A model generated the notes under the pieces. That model was not told the DNA's origin and did not search any database. It saw nothing but the letters and a program-made list of their open reading frames with translations. A stretch of DNA of 64,000 nt from an uncultured Clostridia bacterium (GTDB lineage Bacteria; Bacillota; Clostridia; TANB77; CAG-508), in assembly GCA_944387395.1 (NCBI GenBank), contig CALXEU010000017.1, positions 92 through 64,091 on the forward strand, read 5' to 3'. The translations under genes and the position numbers were made by a program. Below are positions 37,803 through 47,628 of the stretch, one piece after another (the stretch's first letter is position 1; each line of letters opens with the position of its first letter).

Positions 37803-40199
37803 ATGAAAAATGAATTTGAACTTTCATACAAAGAATTAAAATCTACTTGTAACTCTAATCTATTTAAATTTGAAACTACTCAAGAGTTAGAACCTATAAC
37901 TTCTGGTATAGGACAAGAGAGAGGTATTAGAGCCTTAGAGTTTGGATTAAATGTAGATATTAATGGATATAATATTTATTTAGAGGGGCCTTCTGGCGTT
38001 GGAAAAACAATGTATACAAAACACTATTTGGATACTATTTCAAAAAAGAAAAAAGTTCCTCAAGATTGGTGTTATGTTTATAATTTTGATACACCAAACG
38101 AGCCAATTGCTATCCCACTATCTGCAGGACAAGGAAAAGAATTTCAGTCTGCTATGGATAGATTTATTAAAGATATAAAACACGATATCAAAGAAACTTT
38201 TAGTAATGAAGATTTCGAAAAAGAAAAGGCTCTAATTAAGCAAGATTATGAGCAAAAACGTGCTAATTTAATGGAAAAATTAAATAAAACTTCTTCTCAG
38301 TATGGTTTCCAAGTAAAATCCGCAAAAAATGGTATTTATATGATGCCTGTTGTTAATGGAAAAACAATCGAGGAAGAAGAATTTGAAAAATTAGATGAGG
38401 AAACTAAAAAGGATTTTGAAGATAAATCCGCAATTGTTCAACAACATGTAATGGAAGCAATTTCTCAGATAAAAGCAATTCAAACAGAATCCGATAGAAA
38501 AATTAACGAATGGCAATCTAATGTTGCCCTACTTACTGTTAATGCTCATATTAATTATATAAAGTCTAATTTTAAAAGAAATAAGAAAATTAATAAATTT
38601 TTAGATGATGTAAAAAAAGATATATTAAAAAATGTAAGTGCATTTTTAGTAGATGAAGATAATAAGAATCCACAAAATCAAGTTCCAAATCAAAGACAAG
38701 ATATTCACAAACCTTGGCTAAATTATAGAGTTAACTTATTTATAGATAATAGTAATCGTGAGGGTGCTCCAGTTATTATGGATTCTAATTACTCATATCC
38801 TAACTTGTTTGGAAAACTTGAATATGAGAATTATTATGGTAGCTTAAAAACTGATTATACTATGTTAAAACCAGGTCTACTTCATATTGCAAATGGTGGT
38901 TACCTAATAATGCAGGCTACTGATCTTTTATCAAATCAGTCTTGCTATGAAACTTTAAAAAAAGTTTTAAGAACTAAGGAACTAGGAATTGAAAATTTAG
39001 TTGATCAACATTCTTCTATGGTTATGGTTTCATTAAAACCTGAACCTATTCCCCTTAATTTAAAGGTTATTTTAATTGGAAATGAAGCTATTTATCAAAC
39101 TTTAATTTCTGTTGATAATGACTTTAGAAAATTATTTAAAATTAAGGTAGAATTCGAAGATGATGCTCCTCTATCATCAGAAAATATTAATAAACTTGCT
39201 CAAGTTGTTCATGGCTTTTGTCAAAATGAGGAACTTCCCCCTCTTGATAAATCTGGCATGGCAAAAGTTATAGAATTTGCATCTAGACTTGCAAATGACC
39301 AATCAAAACTTTCTACAAGATTTAGTGAAATCACTCAAATTGTTGGAGAAGCTGCAACACTTGCAAAATTAAGTAGATTTAAAATTATTACAGGCAAAAT
39401 TGTTGATGATGCTCTTAAGTTTAGAGAAGAACGTGTACAAAAATATAGTGAAAAATATCAAGAAATGATAAATAACCATACACTATTAATAGACACTAGT
39501 GGATTTAAAGTTGGTCAAATAAATGGTTTAACAGTTATGAGTCTTGGCGATTATTCATTCGGTCTTCCAGCAAGAATTACTGCAAGCACTTATGTTGGAA
39601 AGAGCGGTATAATAAACATAGAAAGAGAAGTTGAAATGTCTGGTTCAACACACTCAAAAGGTGTTTACATTCTTACCGGATATTTGGGTAATATGTTTGC
39701 TCAGGAAATGCCTCTTTCTCTTACTGCAAGTATCTGTTTTGAACAATTATATAATGGAGTAGATGGAGATAGTGCTTCTAGTACAGAACTTTATGCAATA
39801 CTTTCTAGTTTATCAGGAATTCCTATTAATCAAGCAATTGCAGTTACTGGCTCAGTAAACCAAAAAGGTGAAATTCAACCAATAGGTGGAGTAAATGAAA
39901 AAATAGAAGGATTCTTTAAAATATGTAATTCTCGTGGTTTGGATGGTTCACAAGGAGTTATGATTCCAAGACTTAATGTAAAAAATCTAAACTTATCAGA
40001 TGAAGTTGTGGAAGCTGTAAAAAATAAGAAATTCCATATATATGCAATTTCTACAATAGAACAAGGAATTGAACTTTTAACAGGTGTTCCTGCTGGCAAA
40101 AAAGATGTTAATGGCAAATTCCCTGCAGGTTCAATAAATGCTTTAGCTTATGATAGACTTCAAAAGTACGCTAAGATTAGTAAAGATATTGAAAAATAG
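37803..40199 (+). CDS. Lon-family ATP-dependent protease (COG1067/LonB-like: AAA+ ATPase + S16 peptidase domain)
   Basis: N-terminus IGQERGIRALEFGL..YNIYLEGPSGVGKT. C-terminal Lon proteolytic domain with Ser in the DGDSAS context. Confidence 0.7.
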   Translation: MKNEFELSYKELKSTCNSNLFKFETTQELEPITSGIGQERGIRALEFGLNVDINGYNIYLEGPSGVGKTMYTKHYLDTISKKKKVPQDWCYVYNFDTPNEPIAIPLSAGQGKEFQSAMDRFIKDIKHDIKETFSNEDFEKEKALIKQDYEQKRANLMEKLNKTSSQYGFQVKSAKNGIYMMPVVNGKTIEEEEFEKLDEETKKDFEDKSAIVQQHVMEAISQIKAIQTESDRKINEWQSNVALLTVNAHINYIKSNFKRNKKINKFLDDVKKDILKNVSAFLVDEDNKNPQNQVPNQRQDIHKPWLNYRVNLFIDNSNREGAPVIMDSNYSYPNLFGKLEYENYYGSLKTDYTMLKPGLLHIANGGYLIMQATDLLSNQSCYETLKKVLRTKELGIENLVDQHSSMVMVSLKPEPIPLNLKVILIGNEAIYQTLISVDNDFRKLFKIKVEFEDDAPLSSENINKLAQVVHGFCQNEELPPLDKSGMAKVIEFASRLANDQSKLSTRFSEITQIVGEAATLAKLSRFKIITGKIVDDALKFREERVQKYSEKYQEMINNHTLLIDTSGFKVGQINGLTVMSLGDYSFGLPARITASTYVGKSGIINIEREVEMSGSTHSKGVYILTGYLGNMFAQEMPLSLTASICFEQLYNGVDGDSASSTELYAILSSLSGIPINQAIAVTGSVNQKGEIQPIGGVNEKIEGFFKICNSRGLDGSQGVMIPRLNVKNLNLSDEVVEAVKNKKFHIYAISTIEQGIELLTGVPAGKKDVNGKFPAGSINALAYDRLQKYAKISKDIEK

Positions 40200-40209
40200 A
40201 TATAAATAA

Positions 40210-40255
40210 AAAGAGAACAATTTATTCATTATTTTCTGATTAAACTGTTCTCTTT
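40210..40255. terminator. bidirectional terminator (lon-like / rplS convergent)
   Basis: AAAGAGAACA...TGTTCTCTTT 10-bp stem with flanking T/A runs. Confidence 0.6.
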
Positions 40256-40261
40256 AATTAA

Positions 40262-40732
40262 TTATTTATTTTCTGTATTTTCTTCTACAGTTGTTTCTGT
40301 AGCTTCTGTTGAAACTTCAGCTACTTCTTCTACTGCTGGCTCTTCTGTTAAATCTTCTTTAATATCTATGTATTTAGATTCAATTTTAGCACCAACATTT
40401 TCCTTAGTCTTAGCTGCTTTTCCAACTCTGTCTCTTAGATAGTATAGTTTAGCACGTCTTGCCTTTCCTACTCTAACTACCTCTACTTTTTCTACTAATG
40501 GAGAGTGTACTAAGAATGTTTTTTCTACTCCTACTCCATAAGCTATTCTTCTAACTGTAAATGTTGCATTTACACTTCCACCTTGTTTTTTTATGACAAT
40601 ACCTTCAAAAACTTGGATTCTTTCTCTATTTCCTTCCTTAATTCTTTGATGTACTCTAACTGTATCACCAACTTTAAGGTCTGGAATTTTATTCTTCAAT
40701 TGTTCATGCTCGATTGATTTTATAATATCCAT
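40262..40732 (-). CDS. rplS: 50S ribosomal protein L19 with ~40-aa acidic C-terminal extension
   Basis: L19 core ([24 protein letters not shown]). Glu-rich tail after residue ~115. Confidence 0.9.
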   Translation of the reverse strand: MDIIKSIEHEQLKNKIPDLKVGDTVRVHQRIKEGNRERIQVFEGIVIKKQGGSVNATFTVRRIAYGVGVEKTFLVHSPLVEKVEVVRVGKARRAKLYYLRDRVGKAAKTKENVGAKIESKYIDIKEDLTEEPAVEEVAEVSTEATETTVEENTENK

Positions 40733-40772
40733 TGATATTCTCCTTTCTTAAATTTTATTATATCGATATTTT

Positions 40773-41465
40773 TTATAATTTTTTTGCTTCTTCTATTTCT
40801 TGCTGTGTAAGAAGCTCTGGTCTTTTCAAGAACGTATTTTTTAGCGAGCTATTTTTTCGCCATTCTTCTATCTTTTTATGATTCCCTGATTGTAATACTT
40901 CTGGAACTTTTATTCCTAAAAATTCTTCAGGTCTTGTGTATTGATTATATTCTAAATAACCATTTGAGAATGATTCCTCCGCAGTTGAACCTTCTGCTAG
41001 AACTCCTTGTATATATCTACTAACAGAGTCTATTAGTACCATTGCAGGCAACTCTCCTCCTGTTAATACATAATCTCCTATGGAAATTTCTTCATCAACA
41101 ATTTTATCTAACACTCTTTGGTCTATTCCCTCATAGTGTCCGCATAAAAGAATTAGATGCTGCTCTTTTGCTAGTTCTTGAACTTTTTCTTGATTTAGTT
41201 TTTTGCCTTGAGGAGATAAAAATATTACTTTTGCATTTTCATCTTCAACAGATTTATATGCATCGTATACAACATCTGCTCTCATAACCATGCCTGCACC
41301 ACCACCATATGGTGTATCATCAACTTTCTTATGCTTATCTTTAGAAAAGTCTCTAATATTAATTAAATTAATATCAATTAATTTTTGTTTAGATGCCCTT
41401 TCTATAATACTGTGTTTTAATGGTTCAAACATTTCTGGAAATAATGTTAATATGTCGTATTTCAA
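40773..41465 (-). CDS. trmD: tRNA (guanine37-N1)-methyltransferase TrmD
   Basis: SPOUT-fold motifs and the rimM-trmD-rplS gene order. Confidence 0.9.
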   Translation of the reverse strand: MKYDILTLFPEMFEPLKHSIIERASKQKLIDINLINIRDFSKDKHKKVDDTPYGGGAGMVMRADVVYDAYKSVEDENAKVIFLSPQGKKLNQEKVQELAKEQHLILLCGHYEGIDQRVLDKIVDEEISIGDYVLTGGELPAMVLIDSVSRYIQGVLAEGSTAEESFSNGYLEYNQYTRPEEFLGIKVPEVLQSGNHKKIEEWRKNSSLKNTFLKRPELLTQQEIEEAKKL

Positions 41466-41482
41466 TATTAGTCCTCCATTTT

Positions 41483-41989
41483 CTAAATCAATCCTTCAAT
41501 TAAATGAACTATTATTTTTCCTCTTTCTAAATCAATTTGCTTTAAAACATCTTTAATAGCAGGTATTAATATTTTCTGTCCTTTTTCATCTTTTATTTCG
41601 TATATATCACTGCTTCCATGATTATATATGTCTTCTACTTTTCCAAGTAAAATTCCCTGGTCACTATATACTTCTAACCCTATAAGATCTGCTATGTAAT
41701 ATGTGCCTTCTGGAAGTTTTGGCTCGTCTTTTCTATCTATTTTTAGATAACAATTTCTTAAGCTATCTGCTTGTTCTATTGTATCTATTCCTTTTAGTTT
41801 TAGAATTACAACGTTTTTGTGATATTTTACGTTTTCTATTTCAAATAGTTTTAATTCTTTTTTCTTTTCTACAAAGATATCTTTTAGATTTTCAAATTTT
41901 GTAATGTCGGATGTAAATGGATTTACTTTTACTTCTCCTTTAATTCCAAAAGTATTCACTATTTGACCTATTTCTAAGTATTGTTGCAT
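41483..41989 (-). CDS. rimM: ribosome maturation factor RimM
   Basis: N-terminus G.I...G.KGE.KV and a PRC barrel. Conserved operon position. Confidence 0.85.
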   Translation of the reverse strand: MQQYLEIGQIVNTFGIKGEVKVNPFTSDITKFENLKDIFVEKKKELKLFEIENVKYHKNVVILKLKGIDTIEQADSLRNCYLKIDRKDEPKLPEGTYYIADLIGLEVYSDQGILLGKVEDIYNHGSSDIYEIKDEKGQKILIPAIKDVLKQIDLERGKIIVHLIEGLI

Positions 41990-42019
41990 TTTTTAGAATT
42001 TTCCTTCCTTTAGAAGATA

Positions 42020-42250
42020 TTATTCTTCAAATATTATTCCTACTTTTTTATGTTTCTTAGCTGTTATTGATTTCATAACAGTTCTTATTGCTTTTGCTGT
42101 TCTTCCTTGTTTTCCAATAACATTTCCCATATCCTCTTGATCTACTTTTACTTTTAAAAGTATTCCTCTTTCATCATCAACTCTTGTGATTTGGACTTGT
42201 TCTTTGTTATCTACAAGATTTTCTATTATTGTTTTTAAAATTTCTTCCAT
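42020..42250 (-). CDS. KH domain RNA-binding protein (YlqC family)
   Basis: 76 aa. KH fold with GxxG (VIGKQGRTAKAIR). Lies between rpsP and rimM. Confidence 0.8.
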   Translation of the reverse strand: MEEILKTIIENLVDNKEQVQITRVDDERGILLKVKVDQEDMGNVIGKQGRTAKAIRTVMKSITAKKHKKVGIIFEE

Positions 42251-42277
42251 AATATTGCCTCTTTTATTTCACAGTGA

Positions 42278-42511
42278 TTATTGTGCTTTTTCTATTAAAG
42301 CTTTAACTGTGTCTGTTGGTTTTGCACCATTTTTAATCCATGTTGCAACTTTTTCTTTGTCTAATTTTATTGTTGCTGGATTTGTCATTGGATCATATGT
42401 TCCAATTTTCTCTACTATTCTTCCATCTCTTGGAGATCTTGAATCTGCAACTACGATGTGATAGAAAGGAGCTTTTTTTGCACCAACTCTTTGTAATCTT
42501 ATTTTTACCAT
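42278..42511 (-). CDS. rpsP: 30S ribosomal protein S16
   Basis: [17 protein letters not shown] is the canonical S16 N-terminus. Confidence 0.9.
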   Translation of the reverse strand: MVKIRLQRVGAKKAPFYHIVVADSRSPRDGRIVEKIGTYDPMTNPATIKLDKEKVATWIKNGAKPTDTVKALIEKAQ

Positions 42512-42774
42512 TTTTAATTCACCTCCATAATATTTGCTTTAATAATATAACAAATTTGAAAACCTATAAGTTTTTAAATTGTTCTTATATAATAGGAAAG
42601 TCTTTCTGACTTTCTATTATATAAAATATTGCACACAAATTTATTACATAAATTTGGCGCAGAACAAATTTACGAAAAGTCAAAGAGAAAGACAAAAATT
42701 TTAGTAAATTTTAAGACTTTCCGATTTGTTCTATAAAATTGCTACTATTTTTAGTAGTAATATTAATAACTTTT

Positions 42775-44142
42775 TTATTTCATTGAATTTTTAATTTTTT
42801 GTAATTCTTTTGAATCCATATTTTTCATTTGACTCATCATTTTCTTCATTGATTTTCTGTCTTTTACTTTCTTCATCATTGTTTGTGTCATTTCAAATGA
42901 TTTAATGAATCTATTTATTTCTGGCACTGTTGTTCCAGAACCTTTTGCTATTCTTAGCCTTCGTTGCCCATTTAATATTTTAGGGTTTTTTCTTTCTTTT
43001 GCAGTCATTGAACATATTATTGCTTCTATTTTTATAAATTCTTTGTCATCTACTTTTAAGTCTTTTATATCTGCCATTCCAGGTATTAATTTAAGTAATG
43101 AAGAGAATGAACCCATTTTTTTTACTTGTCTTAGTTGTGCTAGATAATCATTTAAATCAAATTCTTTCTTTTCTAATTGTTTTGCAAGTTCTTCTGCTTC
43201 TTCTTGGTTTATTGTTTCTTCTGCTTTTTCAATTATTGAAAGTACATCTCCCATTCCAAGAATTCTAGAAGCCATTCTTTCTGGATTGAATGTTTCTAAT
43301 TCACTTAATTTTTCTCCTACACCAACAAATTTTATAGACTTTCCTGTTACTTTCTTTACAGATAGTGCTGCACCACCACGGGTATCTCCATCTAATTTTG
43401 TTAGAATTACTCCATCAATTCCTACTTTTTTATTAAATGTATTTGCAACATTTACAGCTTCTTGTCCTGTCATTGAATCAACTACTAATAGAATTTCATG
43501 TGGATGAACGTTTTGTTTTACTTTTTGTAGTTCTTCCATAAGTGCTTCATCTATTTGCAAACGACCTGCTGTGTCTAATATTACAACATCATTCAATTTT
43601 GAGTATGCTATGTTTAATGCTTGTTTTGCAATATGTACAACATCTTTTGAATTTTCGTTAGCAAATACCGGTATATTTAACTGTGCTCCCACTACTTGTA
43701 ATTGTTTTATAGCTGCTGGTCTGTATACATCACATGCAACTAATAATGGATTTTTACCTTTTTTTCTTAGTAGATTTGCAAGTTTTCCTGCTGTTGTTGT
43801 TTTTCCTGAACCTTGAAGTCCAACTAACATTATTATTGTTGGTGGATTTGGACTAAATGCAATGTCACTTTGTGTTCCTCCTAATAGTTCTACTAACTCA
43901 TCTTTTACAATTTTAACAACTTGTTGTCCAGGAGTTAAAGATTTTAAAACGTCTTGGCCTAAGGCTTTTTCTCCTATGTCTGCTATAAATTCTTTTACAA
44001 TTTTATAATTTACATCTGCTTCTAAAAGTGCAAGTTTTACCTCTCTTAACATTTCTTTTAAATCTGATTCGGTAATTCTTGTTTTTCCTCTTAATTTTTT
44101 TGTAAATTCCTGTAATTTTGAAGATAGTCCTTCAAATGCCAT
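42775..44142 (-). CDS. ffh: signal recognition particle protein Ffh
   Basis: NG domain (GLQGSGKTTT, DTAGR) and a Met-rich M domain. Confidence 0.9.
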   Translation of the reverse strand: MAFEGLSSKLQEFTKKLRGKTRITESDLKEMLREVKLALLEADVNYKIVKEFIADIGEKALGQDVLKSLTPGQQVVKIVKDELVELLGGTQSDIAFSPNPPTIIMLVGLQGSGKTTTAGKLANLLRKKGKNPLLVACDVYRPAAIKQLQVVGAQLNIPVFANENSKDVVHIAKQALNIAYSKLNDVVILDTAGRLQIDEALMEELQKVKQNVHPHEILLVVDSMTGQEAVNVANTFNKKVGIDGVILTKLDGDTRGGAALSVKKVTGKSIKFVGVGEKLSELETFNPERMASRILGMGDVLSIIEKAEETINQEEAEELAKQLEKKEFDLNDYLAQLRQVKKMGSFSSLLKLIPGMADIKDLKVDDKEFIKIEAIICSMTAKERKNPKILNGQRRLRIAKGSGTTVPEINRFIKSFEMTQTMMKKVKDRKSMKKMMSQMKNMDSKELQKIKNSMK

Positions 44143-44175
44143 TTTTTAAAACCTCCTTTTTCTATTGTTTATGTT

Positions 44176-44526
44176 TTAAGCATTTAAGCTTGTTAGTTCT
44201 TTGCTTATACTATTCAATATTCTTTCTATTTTTTTATCTGATGCATTGTCTTTAATTTTGCTTAATTCTGAAAGAACATTTTGAATTAGTTTTTCTTGTT
44301 CTATTGTCTTTTTCATGATTCCTAACTTTTGCTCGTATTGCAAGAGTCTTGCTTCTCCTTTCTTAACAATGTCGTTAATTGCCTGTCTTGTTGTTTTATT
44401 GTTTTGGGCGATTTCTGTTAAAGATAAGTCTTGATTAGCGTAGTCATTTATAACATTTCTTTGCTTTTGTGTTAAGAGATTTCCATATATGTCACATAAC
44501 ATTCCTAACTCTACTTTCTTTTCCAT
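44176..44526 (-). CDS. ylxM: YlxM/UPF0122 putative DNA-binding protein
   Basis: About 110 aa with a sigma-70 region-4-like HTH. Immediately upstream of ffh. Confidence 0.75.
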   Translation of the reverse strand: MEKKVELGMLCDIYGNLLTQKQRNVINDYANQDLSLTEIAQNNKTTRQAINDIVKKGEARLLQYEQKLGIMKKTIEQEKLIQNVLSELSKIKDNASDKKIERILNSISKELTSLNA

Positions 44527-44699
44527 ATTATCACCGACCTTTAATAAATATAAGACATTATTTTATTGTTAATTTTGTAATGCTAATATACTTTACAATA
44601 TTTTTTGTGTTTTGTCAAGTATTTTAGCGCATTTTACATTTATTTTAGAAAAATTAATCGTATAAATTTAAAATAATAGATAAAGTTAATCTATGGTAT

Positions 44700-44728
44700 T
44701 TGACAGTTTTATGTAAATGTACTATAAT
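44700..44728 (+). promoter_or_regulatory. consensus sigma-A promoter (TTGACA-17-TATAAT) for the orphan gene at 44863
   Basis: Exact TTGACA at 44700-44705, a 17-nt spacer, exact TATAAT at 44723-44728. Predicts a ~128-nt 5' UTR. Confidence 0.6.
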
Positions 44729-44862
44729 AAATTCAAATTACTTTTTGGTTTTACTCCTTTTACACCTTATGGATATTTAAGCTAAATTGTAAAATAATTA
44801 TTGGGAGTAAATAAAATTGTAAAGGTGTGCACATTGAAAAATGAATAGGAGAGTTTACTATT

Positions 44863-45834
44863 ATGAACAGAAATGAAGTTGTTTCTCAGTTGAGCACTAG
44901 TGTTTCCAAACTTATTGGTCACGAGATCAGTGTAGATAATGTCCACACTGATCAATTCGGTTGGTTTGACCGAATTCCGGTTAAATCCCTACCCAGTTTT
45001 CGTCCCATTATCATAAGTGATTCTCGGGGAAATCTTTCATTAGTTCTCCCTACAGACGACTTAGGATGGTTAAAACACGAAGTTTTTTCCATTCAGGACT
45101 ATATCGATAGCTCCGTATGGAGCTACGGTTATTACAATGATATCAGTCCCCTTTCTGAATCTGTACTTTACAGATTCAGATGGCAACCTTTGGAAACTTC
45201 GGGGATTCATGATACCGAAATGGTTTCTAGGTATATTTCTTACCTACTAGCAAATGGAACCAACCCTCATTATATACAAAAAGTACGTCATGTTTTAAGA
45301 ATCTACAAAGAAGACCCAAAAAATATTATTAGGGTCGAGGAGGTTGATGACCGAATCGCATTATACTTAGAGCTTTCTAGAAAAATTCAGAATCGCTTTG
45401 GTTTTGAGACACGCAACTGTGATTATCATGATAGGGACGATGTTATCATTGTCCCTAATGAACTGGAAAATGTGGTAGACCTATATCTACCACAATACTT
45501 AATGGTTGACTTGCTTTGTAATCCTGGAAAGTATTCTGTGAAGGAACTCGCAAGTAGTCTAATGTTGGAAATTAGTATTCCAACTAAAAAACGATTCGGT
45601 TCCTATTTTTTTCCCTCTGGTACTCCTGTCACTGAGGAAACAACCACTCAGCACTTTTACGAAATCTGGAAAAAAGAATGTCCAGATTTCGTAGACGGAT
45701 GGTTTCCTAAGGAGGATGTACCAGAAATAAGAAAGGATGTTGAAGTTTCGAGTATAGAGGTCAAAACTACTTTTGTTAGGAAAGCATTAAAATGGTTTAA
45801 ACAGTTCTTCCATTTAGATTGCAACTGCATTTAA
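44863..45834 (+). CDS. hypothetical protein, 323 aa, atypical GC (~40%)
   Basis: Long ORF with a good RBS (AGGAGAG). No recognisable motifs. Composition clearly richer in G+C than the neighbours. Confidence 0.55.
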   Translation: MNRNEVVSQLSTSVSKLIGHEISVDNVHTDQFGWFDRIPVKSLPSFRPIIISDSRGNLSLVLPTDDLGWLKHEVFSIQDYIDSSVWSYGYYNDISPLSESVLYRFRWQPLETSGIHDTEMVSRYISYLLANGTNPHYIQKVRHVLRIYKEDPKNIIRVEEVDDRIALYLELSRKIQNRFGFETRNCDYHDRDDVIIVPNELENVVDLYLPQYLMVDLLCNPGKYSVKELASSLMLEISIPTKKRFGSYFFPSGTPVTEETTTQHFYEIWKKECPDFVDGWFPKEDVPEIRKDVEVSSIEVKTTFVRKALKWFKQFFHLDCNCI

Positions 45835-45852
45835 TTTCCTATTCTAGCACAT

Positions 45853-45895
45853 AAGCCCAATGAAGAATTATTAATTCTCCATTGGGCTTTTTTAT
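45853..45895 (+). terminator. rho-independent terminator
   Basis: AAGCCCAATGAAGAATTA / TAATTCTCCATTGGGCTT long hairpin followed by TTTTTT. Confidence 0.75.
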
Positions 45896-45933
45896 AAATA
45901 TCTTATTTTATTTTTTGTACCAAAGTATAACTA

Positions 45934-46389
45934 TTATTTTACTTCTTTTCTATTATTTTCTATAATTTTCAATGCATCTTCTAGAGCAACTTGAATTCCT
46001 GCTAGTATACTGTCTGCATATGCTTTAGTTCCATTAGAAATTTCTCTAGCCATATCGTTTGCATTTTCAATGATTTTACTTTTTTGTTCATATGCTTTTT
46101 TAGTAATCTCATGTTCATCTATCATTGATATTATTCTATTTTCTGCTTCTTTTACTATTTCGCCTGCCTCTTCATTTGCCTTACTTATTATTCTATCATG
46201 TTCTTCTTTAATTACTTGCGCTTGTTTAAGTTCTTCTGGCAGTTTTAATCTTATTTCTTTTATTATTTCTAGAATTTCATTTTTATCAATAACTGCTTTA
46301 TGAGAAAACGGTATCTGCTTACTGTTTTCTAACATATCTTCAATTGTTTCTAATAATGTAAAAATTTCCATTTCTTTAATTCCTTTCAT
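45934..46389 (-). CDS. hypothetical coiled-coil protein (151 aa)
   Basis: Glu/Lys-rich helical protein. Translationally coupled to rsmD upstream. Confidence 0.4.
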   Translation of the reverse strand: MKGIKEMEIFTLLETIEDMLENSKQIPFSHKAVIDKNEILEIIKEIRLKLPEELKQAQVIKEEHDRIISKANEEAGEIVKEAENRIISMIDEHEITKKAYEQKSKIIENANDMAREISNGTKAYADSILAGIQVALEDALKIIENNRKEVK

Positions 46390-46940
46390 TTAAGAAATAT
46401 TAATGATGCTCTGCCATATTTTCTTAAATCATATATTTTATATAAATTTATTTCTTCTAATTCCTTTGTATCTCGTTCTTGTTCATCTGTTTCAATTATA
46501 ATAGCCCCTTCTTCTTTTAATAGTTTATAGCTATTTATTAGTTTAATTGCTTCAATAGATAAATTTTGCTTATATGGAGGATCTAAATATATAAAATCAA
46601 ATTTTTGTCCTTCATTTTTTATTTTTAGTAATGTTTTTGTAAAATCATCGTTATATAATATTGCCCTATCTAGTAATTTTGTTCTTTCTAGATTCTGTTT
46701 TATCATTTTTATAGCTTCAGTTGACTTATCACAAAGATATGCTTTAGTAGCTCCTCTACTTAGAAATTCTATTGCAACTTGTCCACTCCCAGCAAATAAA
46801 TCTAATACCACTGTGTCCTTTATTTGATTTTGCAATATATTGAATAAGGATTCTTTTACTCTGTCTAATGTTGGTCTAGTATTTATATCATCTATAGAAT
46901 GTAATGTTGTTCCTCTTGCTGATCCACTTATTACTCTCAA
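46386..46940 (-). CDS. rsmD: 16S rRNA (guanine966-N2)-methyltransferase RsmD
   Basis: LDLFAGSGQVAIEFLSRGA and DPPY motifs. GGAGG lies 7 nt before the TTG at 46940. The track's ATG extension is hydrophobic junk. Confidence 0.75.
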   Translation of the reverse strand: MRVISGSARGTTLHSIDDINTRPTLDRVKESLFNILQNQIKDTVVLDLFAGSGQVAIEFLSRGATKAYLCDKSTEAIKMIKQNLERTKLLDRAILYNDDFTKTLLKIKNEGQKFDFIYLDPPYKQNLSIEAIKLINSYKLLKEEGAIIIETDEQERDTKELEEINLYKIYDLRKYGRASLIFLK

Positions 46941-47151
46941 AATAATTCCTCCATTTTCAAAAAGTAAAATTATAGATACCAGTATATAGTACTTTATATT
47001 ATTTTTTTCTTTAATTGTCAATATATATAACTTAATTGTAATATACATTTAACATAGCTGTAATATTTATTTTAATAATCAAATAGAAATAAAGGGAATT
47101 AAGAAAGATTTATTGTCTTCTTAATTTCCCTTAACTTTTGTTTCTCATATA

Positions 47152-47610
47152 TTATTCTTGTGTTTCTTTATTTATATCCTTTAGTAACTCTAATTGAGAT
47201 ATTAATAATGATTCCATTTTTGCTTTATATACATCAAATTGTTTTTGTAAATCATCTAGTTCTTTCTTTCTTAGTTCAATTTGTTGTTCTAATTTTATTA
47301 TTGTTTCTTTTGCTTCTACTTCTGAATTTTTTATAATTTGTTCTGCTTGTTGTTTTGCAACATTTTTTATATCTTCAGCTGTAGATTGTGCCATTATTAA
47401 TGTATTATTTAAAGTTCCTTCTATAGATTTATAATGTTCTAATTTTTGTTCATATTCTGCAACTTTTGTATCAAATTCGCTTCTTTCCTTGTATAACTTT
47501 TCATAAGACGCAGTTATCTCATCTAAAAAGTCATCTACTTCTTCTACACTATAGCCATTCATTATTTGCTTTGAAAACTTTTTGTTTTCTATATCTAACG
47601 GTGTAACCAT
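47152..47610 (-). CDS. divIVA: DivIVA domain cell-division protein
   Basis: N-terminus MVTPLDIENKKFSKQIMNGYSVEEVDDFLDEI followed by a coiled coil. Start at M6; the first ATG overlaps the GAGGAGG RBS. Confidence 0.8.
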   Translation of the reverse strand: MVTPLDIENKKFSKQIMNGYSVEEVDDFLDEITASYEKLYKERSEFDTKVAEYEQKLEHYKSIEGTLNNTLIMAQSTAEDIKNVAKQQAEQIIKNSEVEAKETIIKLEQQIELRKKELDDLQKQFDVYKAKMESLLISQLELLKDINKETQE

Positions 47611-47628
47611 TATTCTCCTCCTCAAAAG

